A stretch of DNA of 64,000 nt from Candidatus Omnitrophota bacterium. Lineage in GTDB: Bacteria; Omnitrophota; Gorgyraeia; Gygaellales; JAMWDD01. Position 1 is the first letter of the stretch; each line of letters begins with the position of its first letter. The position numbers and the translations under genes were made by a program. The notes under the pieces were generated by a model, which was not told where the DNA came from, ran no database searches, and saw only the letters and a program-made list of their open reading frames with translations. The stretch covers positions 4,184 to 68,183 of the forward strand of contig JAQUNK010000001.1 of NCBI GenBank assembly GCA_028717645.1, read 5' to 3'. Of the stretch, positions 47,088-57,325 are shown piece after piece.

Positions 47088-48269
47088 ATGAACGAAAAAT
47101 CAAGCACCTCTGTGGCGGTTTTAACAGAAAGTCCGCAATGGGACCGTATCCTGAGAAAATACAAATGGGGAGTGCGGCAGATCACAGATTTTAATAATGC
47201 CGACAGGGCTAATATTTTAAATCTGGTAAGATCTCACTATGGTAATGCAGATGAGACATATCCGGAGTATTTTCAATGGGAATATATAGATAATCCCTGC
47301 GGGAGGGCGATTATCTGGGTAGCGATGTATCAAAAAGAATTTGTAGGGCAGTACATATTGAATCCTATGAGGATCAAGATTGGAGATGTGGTTCGAAAAG
47401 GGGGATTAGCCATTAAAACCATAACCAGAAGTGATTTCCGCGGGAAAGGGATCCATATTTATCTTGCCAAGAAGGCATTTGAAACGATCGACCAGGTAGA
47501 CTTTATGTATGGATTTCCCAACAAGACCGTTTTTACTCCATGTGTAAGAAGATTAGGATATAGGGTCGTCGGTAAAGTACCATTAATGATCAAGCCCTTG
47601 GATACCGGAAAGTTGATAGGCAGGTATATAAAAATTAAGATTTGTGCCGGTATATTAGCTATACCAGCTTCTTTGCTATTAAAAAGTTATGATTTTTTTA
47701 TAAGCCTTCCATTCTTTAAAAAATCGCCTTTTAACCGCAAAGAGGTATATTTTAGAGAAATTAACGAGTTTGATAAGCGTTTCGATGAATTTTGGCAGAA
47801 GATAAAGGCAGGGCACAAAAATATTTTGGTCCGTGATAGCGAGTTCCTAAATTGGAGGTATCTTAAAAATCCTAGGCGTAAATATAAAATATATACGGCA
47901 GAAGACGGACAAAAAAATATCGTTTCTTATATAATATTGAGATTTACTGTTATTGATGGAGTCAGGGTGGGGCATATAGTTGATATGATGTCTGAAGAAG
48001 GGAAAAACAGCGAATGGGCGCGTTCAACGCTTATAAAAAAATCAGTCGAATATTTTAAAAAGCAGTCTGTCGATATAATTTGTTGTTTGATGCTGCGCAA
48101 CAATAGTTGTTTCAGCGCGTTGAAGAAAAGCGGCTTTTTCGTATGTCCTGAATTTCTTCAGCCACAGCCCTTTAGATTGGTTTTACGTCCGAATACAGAA
48201 GATATTACAGAAGATATCTATGCGCTAGATGATTGGTTTCTTACCTTGGGTGATTTTGATGTGGTGTAG
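47088..48269 (+). CDS. Two-module GNAT-superfamily acetyltransferase (FemAB/Acetyltransf_6-like)
   Basis: RGKGIHIYLAKKA matches motif A. The second half has EFLNWRYLKNP, typical of Acetyltransf_6. 393 aa. Confidence 0.45.
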   Translation: MNEKSSTSVAVLTESPQWDRILRKYKWGVRQITDFNNADRANILNLVRSHYGNADETYPEYFQWEYIDNPCGRAIIWVAMYQKEFVGQYILNPMRIKIGDVVRKGGLAIKTITRSDFRGKGIHIYLAKKAFETIDQVDFMYGFPNKTVFTPCVRRLGYRVVGKVPLMIKPLDTGKLIGRYIKIKICAGILAIPASLLLKSYDFFISLPFFKKSPFNRKEVYFREINEFDKRFDEFWQKIKAGHKNILVRDSEFLNWRYLKNPRRKYKIYTAEDGQKNIVSYIILRFTVIDGVRVGHIVDMMSEEGKNSEWARSTLIKKSVEYFKKQSVDIICCLMLRNNSCFSALKKSGFFVCPEFLQPQPFRLVLRPNTEDITEDIYALDDWFLTLGDFDVV

Positions 48270-48297
48270 TAAATAATATAACTACAATTAAGGTGAT

Positions 48298-49782
48298 ATG
48301 AAAGTAGTTTTAATAAATTTACCATGGCATTTCGGGCTGGGGAGTTATAAATTACTGGCAAGAAGATTCATTTCTCAGATCCCGCTTGCCTTATGTTATT
48401 TGGCCGCGGTATTACGCAGGGATGGCCATCAAGTATGCATTATTGATGGTGCTACAGGCGGGCGCTCTATCTATGATATAGCAAGGGAAGTACATGAATT
48501 CAATCCTGCTATTGTAGCGATAGGCTCAACTACCTTCATACATCCGTTGGCAGAAAAGTTAGCCGCTTTGATAAAACAAAAAAACCCTTCTCTATGCTTG
48601 ATTAACGGCGGATATCATATTTCTGCGTTAAAAGAAAAAGTTTTAGAGGAATCCCGATATTTTGATATAGGCATATATGGTGAGGGCGAAATTACTTTAT
48701 CTGAAGTGGTAAGGAAAATAGAGGATAAAGAAAGCCTTCATACGGTAAGGGGGGTCATTTTTAAAGAAGGCGGTAGGATACACGTAAATCCTGGGCGTGC
48801 GCTGATCCCTTCGTTAGATGATATCCCGCTTCCTGCGCGTGATTTATTGAATAAGGCAGAGTATTATAGGTATAAATCGAATAAAAAAGTAATGGTCACC
48901 GGATTTATTGCTTCTCGAGGGTGTACTTTTGGCTGCATTTTTTGCGGCTGCCATAATGTTTTCGGAAAAGAAGTGCGGTATCGTTCGCCGAAACTTGTCG
49001 TAGATGAGATCGAAGAATGCATTGAAAAATATGGGATACGGGGGTTTATGTCTTATGACGATACCTTTACTTTGAATCGTAAATTCATTATGGAAATGTG
49101 CGAAGAAATAATCAAGAGGGGCATTAAGATCGATCTGATCGCTGCGACAAGGGTTGATTGCGTTGATAAAGAGATGCTTCTGAAGCTAAAAGAGGCGGGG
49201 TTAAGCGAAATAGGATTTGGCGTTGAAAGCGGGAACCAGGATATATTGGACCGGATCAACAAAAAAATAACCCTTAATCAGATCAGGGAGAGCCTTCATT
49301 TGGCAAAGTCGTTAGGGCTGGTTACTTACACTACGGCGATGATCGGTAATCCTTATGAAACACGAAAAACGGTTAAGGATACCATTGATTTTTTATCATC
49401 AAACAGGGATCTAGATGTTACCATGTTATCCATTGCTACTCCCTTGCCCGGAACGAAGCTCTATGAAATGTCGCAAAGAGGAGAGGGTGGCATAAGGGTG
49501 ATCCCGGGTACTTCTTTAAAATACAATCGTTACGGAGGATCGATAATTTCAGTAAACGATATTACCCACCGGGACCTGGTAAAGTGCCAGTTTTTTGGAT
49601 TAATCAGGTTTTATTGCAATCCCCGCAGGGCTATAGTCCAAATACGGCTGTTAGGCTTGAATAATTTTTTACTTACAGCCTGGTCTTTCTTAAGGTTCCT
49701 CTTCGAAACAACCACTGGGTACATAATTGAATCCGGAAAAAACGGATACAGAAAATTATATGCAAAATTATCTTACAATTGA
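48298..49782 (+). CDS. Class-B (B12-binding domain) radical SAM protein
   Basis: LINGGYHISALKEKV ... IYGEGE, with cluster motif ASRGCTFGCIFCGC. Confidence 0.8.
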   Translation: MKVVLINLPWHFGLGSYKLLARRFISQIPLALCYLAAVLRRDGHQVCIIDGATGGRSIYDIAREVHEFNPAIVAIGSTTFIHPLAEKLAALIKQKNPSLCLINGGYHISALKEKVLEESRYFDIGIYGEGEITLSEVVRKIEDKESLHTVRGVIFKEGGRIHVNPGRALIPSLDDIPLPARDLLNKAEYYRYKSNKKVMVTGFIASRGCTFGCIFCGCHNVFGKEVRYRSPKLVVDEIEECIEKYGIRGFMSYDDTFTLNRKFIMEMCEEIIKRGIKIDLIAATRVDCVDKEMLLKLKEAGLSEIGFGVESGNQDILDRINKKITLNQIRESLHLAKSLGLVTYTTAMIGNPYETRKTVKDTIDFLSSNRDLDVTMLSIATPLPGTKLYEMSQRGEGGIRVIPGTSLKYNRYGGSIISVNDITHRDLVKCQFFGLIRFYCNPRRAIVQIRLLGLNNFLLTAWSFLRFLFETTTGYIIESGKNGYRKLYAKLSYN

Positions 49783-50554
49783 TGTTGAGGAATGGTATCA
49801 GACGGTCTTGTTTGGCAAAGACCAAAACCAGGCAAGCAGCTTACCCCAAGACCTGGATAACATTTTATTGATGCTGGATGAGCACAATATCAGGGCGACT
49901 TTTTTTATAGTAGGTTCTGTGGCCCAAAAATATCCCGCTAGCATCAGGGCCATAGCTAAGCAGGGCCATGAAATAGCAAGCCATGGATTCCTACACAAGC
50001 TTGTTTATCGGATGTCAAAAGATGAATTCGCCAACGATATAAATAAATCGATAGGTACATTAGAGGAAATTACAAATATCAAAGTTTCCGGTTACCGGGC
50101 CTGTACCTGGTCTATTACCGAAAAAATGCTTTGGGCCATAGATATTCTTGAAGCAGCCGGCCTCAGGTATGATTCCAGTATATATCCGGTAAGTTTAAAT
50201 CCCTTAAAGAACAAGTATTTTAAAAATATCCCCTATAAAATTAAAAATAATTTTTTAGAGTTCAGCCCTTCGGTCTTTAATTTCCTGGGCTGGAATATCC
50301 CTTTTGCCGGAGGGACATTTTTACGCTTTTTTTCTTCAAGCTTCATGCTAAGCAAAATAATCCAGCTAAATAAAGCCGGCTATCCGGCGATGCTATATTT
50401 TCATTCCTGGGAATTCGATAACCAGGTAGCTCTGGCATCTGATATGCCCGCATGGAAACGTTTTATCCAATATAAAAATGTAGGTACCGTCAAGCATAAG
50501 ATCGAAACGATGGCCAATAACCTTAAATTAGGCCCGATAAGCAATAGTTTATAA
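49757..50554 (+). CDS. Polysaccharide deacetylase-family protein (PEP-CTERM-locus / DUF3473 subfamily)
   Basis: The N-terminal LTIDVEEWYQ, then ATFFIVGSVAQKYP ... GHEIASHGFLH, match the N-terminal signature of that subfamily. Confidence 0.65.
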   Translation, partial: YMQNYLTIDVEEWYQTVLFGKDQNQASSLPQDLDNILLMLDEHNIRATFFIVGSVAQKYPASIRAIAKQGHEIASHGFLHKLVYRMSKDEFANDINKSIGTLEEITNIKVSGYRACTWSITEKMLWAIDILEAAGLRYDSSIYPVSLNPLKNKYFKNIPYKIKNNFLEFSPSVFNFLGWNIPFAGGTFLRFFSSSFMLSKIIQLNKAGYPAMLYFHSWEFDNQVALASDMPAWKRFIQYKNVGTVKHKIETMANNLKLGPISNSL

Positions 50555-50562
50555 AAGCACCT

Positions 50563-52173
50563 ATGGCGATAAAAAAAGAAACACTGATAATTATTTTTAT
50601 TATAGCTGCATCGTTAGCGGTAACTTTATTTTGCCAGAAGCAAGGTATTACAAGTAAATACATCATTCATGACGATGTTGTGCAATACGTGCCTCCAATT
50701 TATGCTTTACATAAAGGGGCGCTTAATGACGCACTTTTAGACAATGACCTGATGCTTAAATATATGGTCATTAAAGATTCTCCCGGCCATCTCTATTTAT
50801 ATTACATATTTAGTTTTTTTATTGACCCATTGGCCCTTTCCAAGGTTTTGCCTTTTATACTTGCTCCCCTGGGAGCTGTTTTACTGTTCCTTATCGGTAA
50901 GAAACTAAAAAATACGACCGTAGGGTTCTTTTCATCATTCATATTCTTATTTTATATCTGGACATTATGGTTTGGTGGTTTTCTGGCGGGTGGTTATGCA
51001 AAGGCATTCGCGTTCCCTATTTTCTTCTTTTTCCTTTATTTTTTGTTGTCAAAAAACCAGATCGGATGCCTCGCCGTATTAATAATGCAAATTCTATTTT
51101 ATCCTCCGGTCGCCGTTATTTCGTTAATGATATATCTTTTTGATCTGTTAGAAAAGAAGGGCAATGCCAAAAAAGAGATACTATTTTTTATTATTTCTTC
51201 TTTGGTATGTTTTATTCTTGCATATCTTATCTATAAACGGCCGAATGATTTCCTGGGGCCGGAGGTATCTTTATCCGAGATGCTGAGAATGCCGGAATTC
51301 GGCCCTTTTGGAAGAGACCCGTTATTCGGCTCCGGTATATTGAATTTCCTTAAATCTGAAGATATGAGCTCGATTTTCTTAAGCCCCGTAATGCCTTATT
51401 TATCCGCCTGTTTTTTGATCGCAGCATTTTATTTGGGTAAGAAATTATTCAGGCTCCCGGCTATTATCTTTCATATTTTTATTACAGGTATCATTGCCTT
51501 TCTTTTAGCTTACATTTTTTTATTTTTTCTTTTCTTTCCCGGGCGCTACTTAGAATATACCCTACCCATATTCCTGATACTTGTTAGCGCATTCGCCATA
51601 GAAAAATTAATTGCTTCTACGGATTCAAGGAAAATAAGGGCATTTTTGTATATTTTTTTCATATGTATGATTACATCGCTAAATATTCCGTATTTAAAAG
51701 AAAACGTATTTAACTATAACAGACTTTTCTATAAATTCGTCATGACAACTCCTGAGGATTCCCTTATAGCCGGGCATCCTTATGATATGGACCCGGTAAC
51801 AACTTTTACCAAGCGGAAAGTTCTGGTCCAATTTGAGCTATCAAATGCCTGGTATAAAAATTATTACTCCAAGGTAGAAGAGAGGACCCGCGACCTGTTC
51901 GGGGCGTATTATTCCGATTCTTTAGGGGATATATACAAATTTTTTAAGAAATATAACATAAATTATTTGGTGGTCAATAAAAGTTATTTTAATGCTGAAT
52001 ATCTAAGGAATAAGCAATATTATATCCAGCCGTTCAATGATTACATAGATAAGCTCGTGCGTAAAAATGAAGGGAAATTTGTATTGATGGATAGTAAAAT
52101 AATAAATAAATACAAGGTTTACGAAGACGCCGGTGGGTATTTTATAATTAGTTTCAACAAGGAAAACCTCTAG
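50563..52173 (+). CDS. Polytopic membrane protein with a C-terminal soluble domain (hypothetical)
   Basis: About 12 TM helices. The C-terminal KKYNINYLVVNKSYF motif is shared with 52807..54357. Confidence 0.45.
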   Translation: MAIKKETLIIIFIIAASLAVTLFCQKQGITSKYIIHDDVVQYVPPIYALHKGALNDALLDNDLMLKYMVIKDSPGHLYLYYIFSFFIDPLALSKVLPFILAPLGAVLLFLIGKKLKNTTVGFFSSFIFLFYIWTLWFGGFLAGGYAKAFAFPIFFFFLYFLLSKNQIGCLAVLIMQILFYPPVAVISLMIYLFDLLEKKGNAKKEILFFIISSLVCFILAYLIYKRPNDFLGPEVSLSEMLRMPEFGPFGRDPLFGSGILNFLKSEDMSSIFLSPVMPYLSACFLIAAFYLGKKLFRLPAIIFHIFITGIIAFLLAYIFLFFLFFPGRYLEYTLPIFLILVSAFAIEKLIASTDSRKIRAFLYIFFICMITSLNIPYLKENVFNYNRLFYKFVMTTPEDSLIAGHPYDMDPVTTFTKRKVLVQFELSNAWYKNYYSKVEERTRDLFGAYYSDSLGDIYKFFKKYNINYLVVNKSYFNAEYLRNKQYYIQPFNDYIDKLVRKNEGKFVLMDSKIINKYKVYEDAGGYFIISFNKENL

Positions 52174-52175
52174 AT

Positions 52176-52799
52176 ATGAGCCTTTCTGCGAGATTTTATA
52201 ATTTTATTCGTTCGAGGACCTGTCCTTTTTCTAAGATCGCCGAGTTTGTCCCTGACGGGGGTACTATAGTTGATCTTGGGTGCGGCACAGGTATTTTTAT
52301 CCAGTATTTGAGAACGAATTCTCCACGGCGCTTATTGTACGGATTTGATTGGAACAAGGGAAAAATTGAATTTGCCAGAAACCACTTATCCAGGTTGGAG
52401 GGAATTAAATTCGCAGAAGCAGATATAAGTAGCGATTCTTTCGTCATGCCTGTTGCCGATTGCATAATGCTGATAGATTCATTGTATTATTTAAATGATG
52501 CATTTAAGAAAAAGATATTGAAAAAATGCTTTGATTCTTTAGGGCATGGCGGAACGCTCCTGGTCAAGGATATCAATAAAGATTTCAGCCTAAAATTCAT
52601 ATGGACATTCTTCCAGGACTTTATTTCCTCCAGGGTTTTTAGATTCAATCGTATTGATGGGTTTTATTTCAAATCCAGAATAGAATATCTTAAACTTTTA
52701 AACGAATGCGGATTCAGGGCCGAAGACTTCGATATCAGCAAGGGGTATTTTTATAGCCATATTTTATATGTGGCCAAGAAAAATGTTAAACCGGGTTAA
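52176..52799 (+). CDS. Class I SAM-dependent methyltransferase
   Basis: Motif I is IVDLGCGTGIF. There is a motif-II-like acidic residue after MLIDSLYY. Confidence 0.75.
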   Translation: MSLSARFYNFIRSRTCPFSKIAEFVPDGGTIVDLGCGTGIFIQYLRTNSPRRLLYGFDWNKGKIEFARNHLSRLEGIKFAEADISSDSFVMPVADCIMLIDSLYYLNDAFKKKILKKCFDSLGHGGTLLVKDINKDFSLKFIWTFFQDFISSRVFRFNRIDGFYFKSRIEYLKLLNECGFRAEDFDISKGYFYSHILYVAKKNVKPG

Positions 52800-52806
52800 T
52801 CCATTT

Positions 52807-54357
52807 ATGCAGAAATTAATAAATAAAAAATCAATTTTTTTCATATCGATAATATTATTGGCTTGTTTTGCTAACTGTTTTAACAGTTCTTTCAAATTCG
52901 ATATTCAATTTTCATATAAGCCGGATTCAGCGGGCTTTTACTTTATTCAGGGGTTGCTCGATAAAAGCTTATTCAATAATGATTTGTTCGCCCTGGCAAT
53001 GAGAAAACAGGCTGAAGTTCTTGGTTTTTGTTTTTTAGCATGGAAATTATATGTTATCCTCATGCATTTTTTCTCTTTAGTCATTGCGCTTAAAATAGTA
53101 TCCATAGCTTTCTGCGTTATTTGCGCCGCTATAATATATAAAATCGGCACTCATTTGTATGCACAAAATGAAGCTTTCTTGCTTTCCGGGCTATTCTCGG
53201 TATATTTCCTATCCTCGGATATCTTTATTGGCGGGCAGTTGCGCGCTTTCGGCGCCTCGATGCTTATTGTTTTCTTATATTTCTTCGTGAAAGAAAAGTA
53301 CATATATCTGCCGCTGATTTCTTTATTGACTTTTTTTGTTTATCCGCCCATCGTTCCCATGCTAATGATCCAATGTTTTATAGTTTTGTTTTTTCTAGAC
53401 AATAAGAAGCCCCGCATAATGAGATCATATGTATTTATTTTAGCGGTCGCCTGCCTAAGCATCGGTTTATCTGCTTATTTCGGACCAGCCGGAGAATTCA
53501 TAAAAGTCATTTTCAAAAGTTTACCGGTCTTTAGCCAGTATAAATACACGCAAGGCGTAAATTATCCTCTCAACCCGTATAACCCATTATCATCCATATG
53601 GTACTTCATATTTAATATTAACGAATATACTGCGCAGTATAAATATTTCACAGTGGCATTTATCATCTTGTCGTTATTTTTTATTGCTGCCAGAAGAAGG
53701 AGGGCGTTATTGCTTCCCAGGCAGATATGGATCATGCTTCTTGCTTCAGGCTTAAGTTTTTTATTGCTCTATCCGTTTCATCCGACTTTTGCTTCCAGGC
53801 AATTCGTATTCAGCATACCCTTATTGCTGGTTTTTTTAAATTCAACCAACCTTTCAAACGTTAACAAGATTAAAGATAAACCTTTTGTTTTTCTTCTGCC
53901 ATTGGCATTAGTATTTATTTTAATTAATCCCCGGTACAACGCTACTATTAGCGTCCGTAAATATAGCCCGGTCTATGATTATATAGAAAAGCTGCCCAAA
54001 GGAGTTATGATCGCCGGCGATCCGGGAAGCGTATTGCTGCAATCCGTGCCTCTTTTTTCGAAAAGAACCATATTTTATGCCGATGAGATGCACGATATTT
54101 CATTGCTGGCTTATTCCGGGCAGGAACTTGTTGAAAGAAAGAATGAATTAATGAAAGCGCTTTATGCCGGCTCAAAAGAAGCATTGAACAGTTTCATCGG
54201 CAAATATAAAATAGACTATTTTCTTATAGAGGCTTCTCGCTACAGCGGCAGGCCCAACCGTCAGTTTTTATTTGACCTGGCAAAGAAAAATTATGAATTT
54301 AAAATTGAAATAGATGGCCAGGAGATCATTGTTCTGAATACAAGGGAAATAAAATAA
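52807..54357 (+). CDS. Polytopic membrane protein, paralog of 50563..52173 (hypothetical)
   Basis: Similar TM architecture, with the C-terminal GKYKIDYFLIEASRY motif. The start was chosen at the ATG after the methyltransferase stop. Confidence 0.45.
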   Translation: MQKLINKKSIFFISIILLACFANCFNSSFKFDIQFSYKPDSAGFYFIQGLLDKSLFNNDLFALAMRKQAEVLGFCFLAWKLYVILMHFFSLVIALKIVSIAFCVICAAIIYKIGTHLYAQNEAFLLSGLFSVYFLSSDIFIGGQLRAFGASMLIVFLYFFVKEKYIYLPLISLLTFFVYPPIVPMLMIQCFIVLFFLDNKKPRIMRSYVFILAVACLSIGLSAYFGPAGEFIKVIFKSLPVFSQYKYTQGVNYPLNPYNPLSSIWYFIFNINEYTAQYKYFTVAFIILSLFFIAARRRRALLLPRQIWIMLLASGLSFLLLYPFHPTFASRQFVFSIPLLLVFLNSTNLSNVNKIKDKPFVFLLPLALVFILINPRYNATISVRKYSPVYDYIEKLPKGVMIAGDPGSVLLQSVPLFSKRTIFYADEMHDISLLAYSGQELVERKNELMKALYAGSKEALNSFIGKYKIDYFLIEASRYSGRPNRQFLFDLAKKNYEFKIEIDGQEIIVLNTREIK

Positions 54358-54381
54358 GCAGGTCATTTAAAACAGTTAAAG

Positions 54382-55914
54382 ATGCAAAATAGAATAAAGA
54401 AATTTAAGGTTTGTTTTGTCCATCCCGGGTATGAAAACTTAGGCATTGAGTATCTTTCTGCTTGCCTTAAGGCAGGAGGTTTCGATACGAAGTTATTTTT
54501 AGACCCGATCCTCTTTGCGGAAAGCGGATTTCTGAACAGCAGGTTTTTATCCGGTATTTTCTCGTTCAGAAAAGAACTTCTTAGAAGGATCGTGGATTAT
54601 CGGCCCGACCTTATTTGTTTTTCGGTGTTGACAGATAATTATAAGTGGGCTTGTGATTTTAGCAGGGAGATCAAGTCGAATATCTCTGTACCGATCGTAT
54701 TCGGAGGGATACACCCTACTTCCGTGCCGGAGAGGGTAATAAAGAACCCTTTTGTTGACTTTTTATGCCTGGGAGAAGGAGAAGAGGCTTTGGTAGAACT
54801 GGCAGAAAACTTAGCGGAAGGCAATACTCCCACAGGCATAAAAAATATTTGGGCAAAAAGCGATGGCCGGGTTTTTAAAAATGACTTGCGTCCGATTACT
54901 CCAGACCTCGATCATTTCCCTTTTCCCGATAAAGATTTGTTCTACGGCGAAGCGCCTATATTCAATAGCGGCTACCTTATTTCTACTTCCAGGGGCTGTC
55001 TCTTCCGCTGCAGTTATTGTTGCAATAACGTATGGAAGAGCATTTATGCAGAAGAAAAAACGGTTTTTAGAAGAAGAAGCAGTGAAAGCGTGATAAATGA
55101 ATTAGAAACAGCAAAATCAAAATATAAGCCCAAGTTCATATTTTTTACAGACGAAGTATTTAATACCGACAATAAATGGTTAGAGCAATTTTTATATCAG
55201 TACAAAAAAAGGATAAATCTGCCTTTTTTTTGTTATATATATCCAGACCTGGTTACGGCTGATTCGGCCAAGAGCCTTAAAGAGGCGGGTTGTTATAAGG
55301 TACAAATGGGAGTTCAGGTCATCGATGAGAATAAGCGCAGGGCCATATTAAAAAGAGATTCATCCAATGAAGCCATTGCGGACAGCATAGGCCTGTTTAA
55401 GGGCGCAGGGATCTATGTTTCCTGCGATAATATTTTAGGCCTTCCTAACGAAGGGGTGAAGGACCTGGAGGATATTTCTTATTTTTATGACAGGCATCTA
55501 CCCGATCATATCGAGGTATTCTGGTTAAGATATTATCCCAAGGCAGAGATCGTTTCCTGGGCTACCGAGAATAATTACATCGACCATAATAAAATTGAAG
55601 AAATAGAAGAAGGGCGTTTATCTTGCGGGATTGTCCGTGGAGGCGATCATAACAGTAAAATTGCCAGAAAGTTCTCGTTATTGTTCTGCTTCTTTCATGC
55701 ATTGCCTGCTAAGTGGAGAAGGTATATTTTAAACAAGCGGCTCTATAGATTTTTACCTTCCTTTTTCTCTCCGGTAAGTTTATATATCATGGAAAGAGTT
55801 TTTAACCATTCAAAATACGATTTAAATATTTCCAGGACGATAAGCAGGTATGCTTATTTTGTCCGGCTTTTCTTTACTCCAAGAATGAGGTATGCAAGAA
55901 ATGGTAGAAAATAG
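54382..55914 (+). CDS. Class-B (B12-binding domain) radical SAM protein
   Basis: IVFGGIHPTSVPERV ... LGEGEE, with cluster motif TSRGCLFRCSYCC. Confidence 0.8.
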   Translation: MQNRIKKFKVCFVHPGYENLGIEYLSACLKAGGFDTKLFLDPILFAESGFLNSRFLSGIFSFRKELLRRIVDYRPDLICFSVLTDNYKWACDFSREIKSNISVPIVFGGIHPTSVPERVIKNPFVDFLCLGEGEEALVELAENLAEGNTPTGIKNIWAKSDGRVFKNDLRPITPDLDHFPFPDKDLFYGEAPIFNSGYLISTSRGCLFRCSYCCNNVWKSIYAEEKTVFRRRSSESVINELETAKSKYKPKFIFFTDEVFNTDNKWLEQFLYQYKKRINLPFFCYIYPDLVTADSAKSLKEAGCYKVQMGVQVIDENKRRAILKRDSSNEAIADSIGLFKGAGIYVSCDNILGLPNEGVKDLEDISYFYDRHLPDHIEVFWLRYYPKAEIVSWATENNYIDHNKIEEIEEGRLSCGIVRGGDHNSKIARKFSLLFCFFHALPAKWRRYILNKRLYRFLPSFFSPVSLYIMERVFNHSKYDLNISRTISRYAYFVRLFFTPRMRYARNGRK

Positions 55915-57325
55915 AACCAGGGTCCTGATTATCCGGCCGGTGGACAATGTTGTTTTTAAGACAAACCATATTCGCGATATCAGGGTCCCATTCCTTCTAA
56001 AGTATATAGAAGCCATTTTACTTAAAGAGGAAAAGTTTGATGTGCATCTCTTGGACTGCATGGTCAAACGCATGGATATTCAAGGCCTATTGGCCTTTTC
56101 CAAGGATTACCTGCCGAATGTGATCATCCTTTGCCCTTCAACAACTGAATACCGAATTTCGCTTGAATATGCAAAGATAATCAAAAATAGCACCAATGCC
56201 GTTATAATTGCGATAGGCCAGGATGCTACGGCAAGCCCCCAGCGCTATATTTATGAAGATTCGCCGATCGATTTTGTGCTGAGAGGGGAAAGTGAGCTAT
56301 CTGCGATAAAGCTACTGGAACGTATAGCGGCAAATAGTACGGACTTTACCGGCATTGAAGGTATTTATATGCGCGGATACATTCATCCGGACATCGCGTA
56401 TGTAAAGGATCACCATGCTTTGCCATTCCCTGTTTATAAGGATAGCGAATTTAACAAATATACAATTTACTATCCTTTACCCGTGGTTAAAAAAATAATA
56501 TGGGGGCACGTTCTTTCAAGCAGGGGCTGTCCTTATAATTGTATATTTTGTTCACAGACCATCAGGGAAAGTTATGGCAAAGAGCTTAGGGCGAGGGATC
56601 CTAAAGACGTAGTTGATGAGATAGAATATCTGCGGGAAAAAGGGGCCAATATGATTTCTTTCGCAGACGATAATTTTACGACCTCCAAAGAACATGTTAT
56701 CAATATCTGTAAGGAGATAAAAAGAAGGGGTTTGAAAATCATCTGGTCTGCGCATGCAAGGATAGATAATTGCGATGAATATTTATTGAATACTATGAAA
56801 GACGCGGGATGTATCCTTTTAAGATTCGGGGTAGAGTCGGGTTCGGAAAAAGTGATCAAGGCCTTAAAAAAGACAGATATACATAATTGGATAGATAAGG
56901 CCGAAACCGTATTTGGTGCGGCACGTAAAATTAATTTATCCACAGTAGCGCTTTTTCTCATAGGCAGCCCGCTGGAAGAAGAGAAAGACGTAAGGGAAAG
57001 CATTGCCTTCGCAAAAAAAATCAATCCGGATTTATTACAGATCTGTTTTTTTACTCCTTATCCGGGCTCGAAGGCTTATGAGATGTTCAAAGAAGAGATT
57101 AATTTTTCTCATATACAAGATATGTATCACTACCGGATAGCCCCTTTGAACTTCAGCAATATCCCTACGGACAGGCTCGCAGGTCTATACAGAGATTTTT
57201 ATCGCCAGTTTTATTTAAGAAAGAGTTATGTTGTCCGCCACTTTTTAAACTACTCGATGTTTTACGCACTCAATAACAGCGTTTTCTTAAAATTATTCAA
57301 TATGACAAAGTTGCTGCGTAATTGA
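55892..57325 (+). CDS. Class-B (B12-binding domain) radical SAM protein
   Basis: N-terminal B12-binding-like domain. The cluster motif is SSRGCPYNCIFC. Confidence 0.8.
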   Translation: MQEMVENRTRVLIIRPVDNVVFKTNHIRDIRVPFLLKYIEAILLKEEKFDVHLLDCMVKRMDIQGLLAFSKDYLPNVIILCPSTTEYRISLEYAKIIKNSTNAVIIAIGQDATASPQRYIYEDSPIDFVLRGESELSAIKLLERIAANSTDFTGIEGIYMRGYIHPDIAYVKDHHALPFPVYKDSEFNKYTIYYPLPVVKKIIWGHVLSSRGCPYNCIFCSQTIRESYGKELRARDPKDVVDEIEYLREKGANMISFADDNFTTSKEHVINICKEIKRRGLKIIWSAHARIDNCDEYLLNTMKDAGCILLRFGVESGSEKVIKALKKTDIHNWIDKAETVFGAARKINLSTVALFLIGSPLEEEKDVRESIAFAKKINPDLLQICFFTPYPGSKAYEMFKEEINFSHIQDMYHYRIAPLNFSNIPTDRLAGLYRDFYRQFYLRKSYVVRHFLNYSMFYALNNSVFLKLFNMTKLLRN

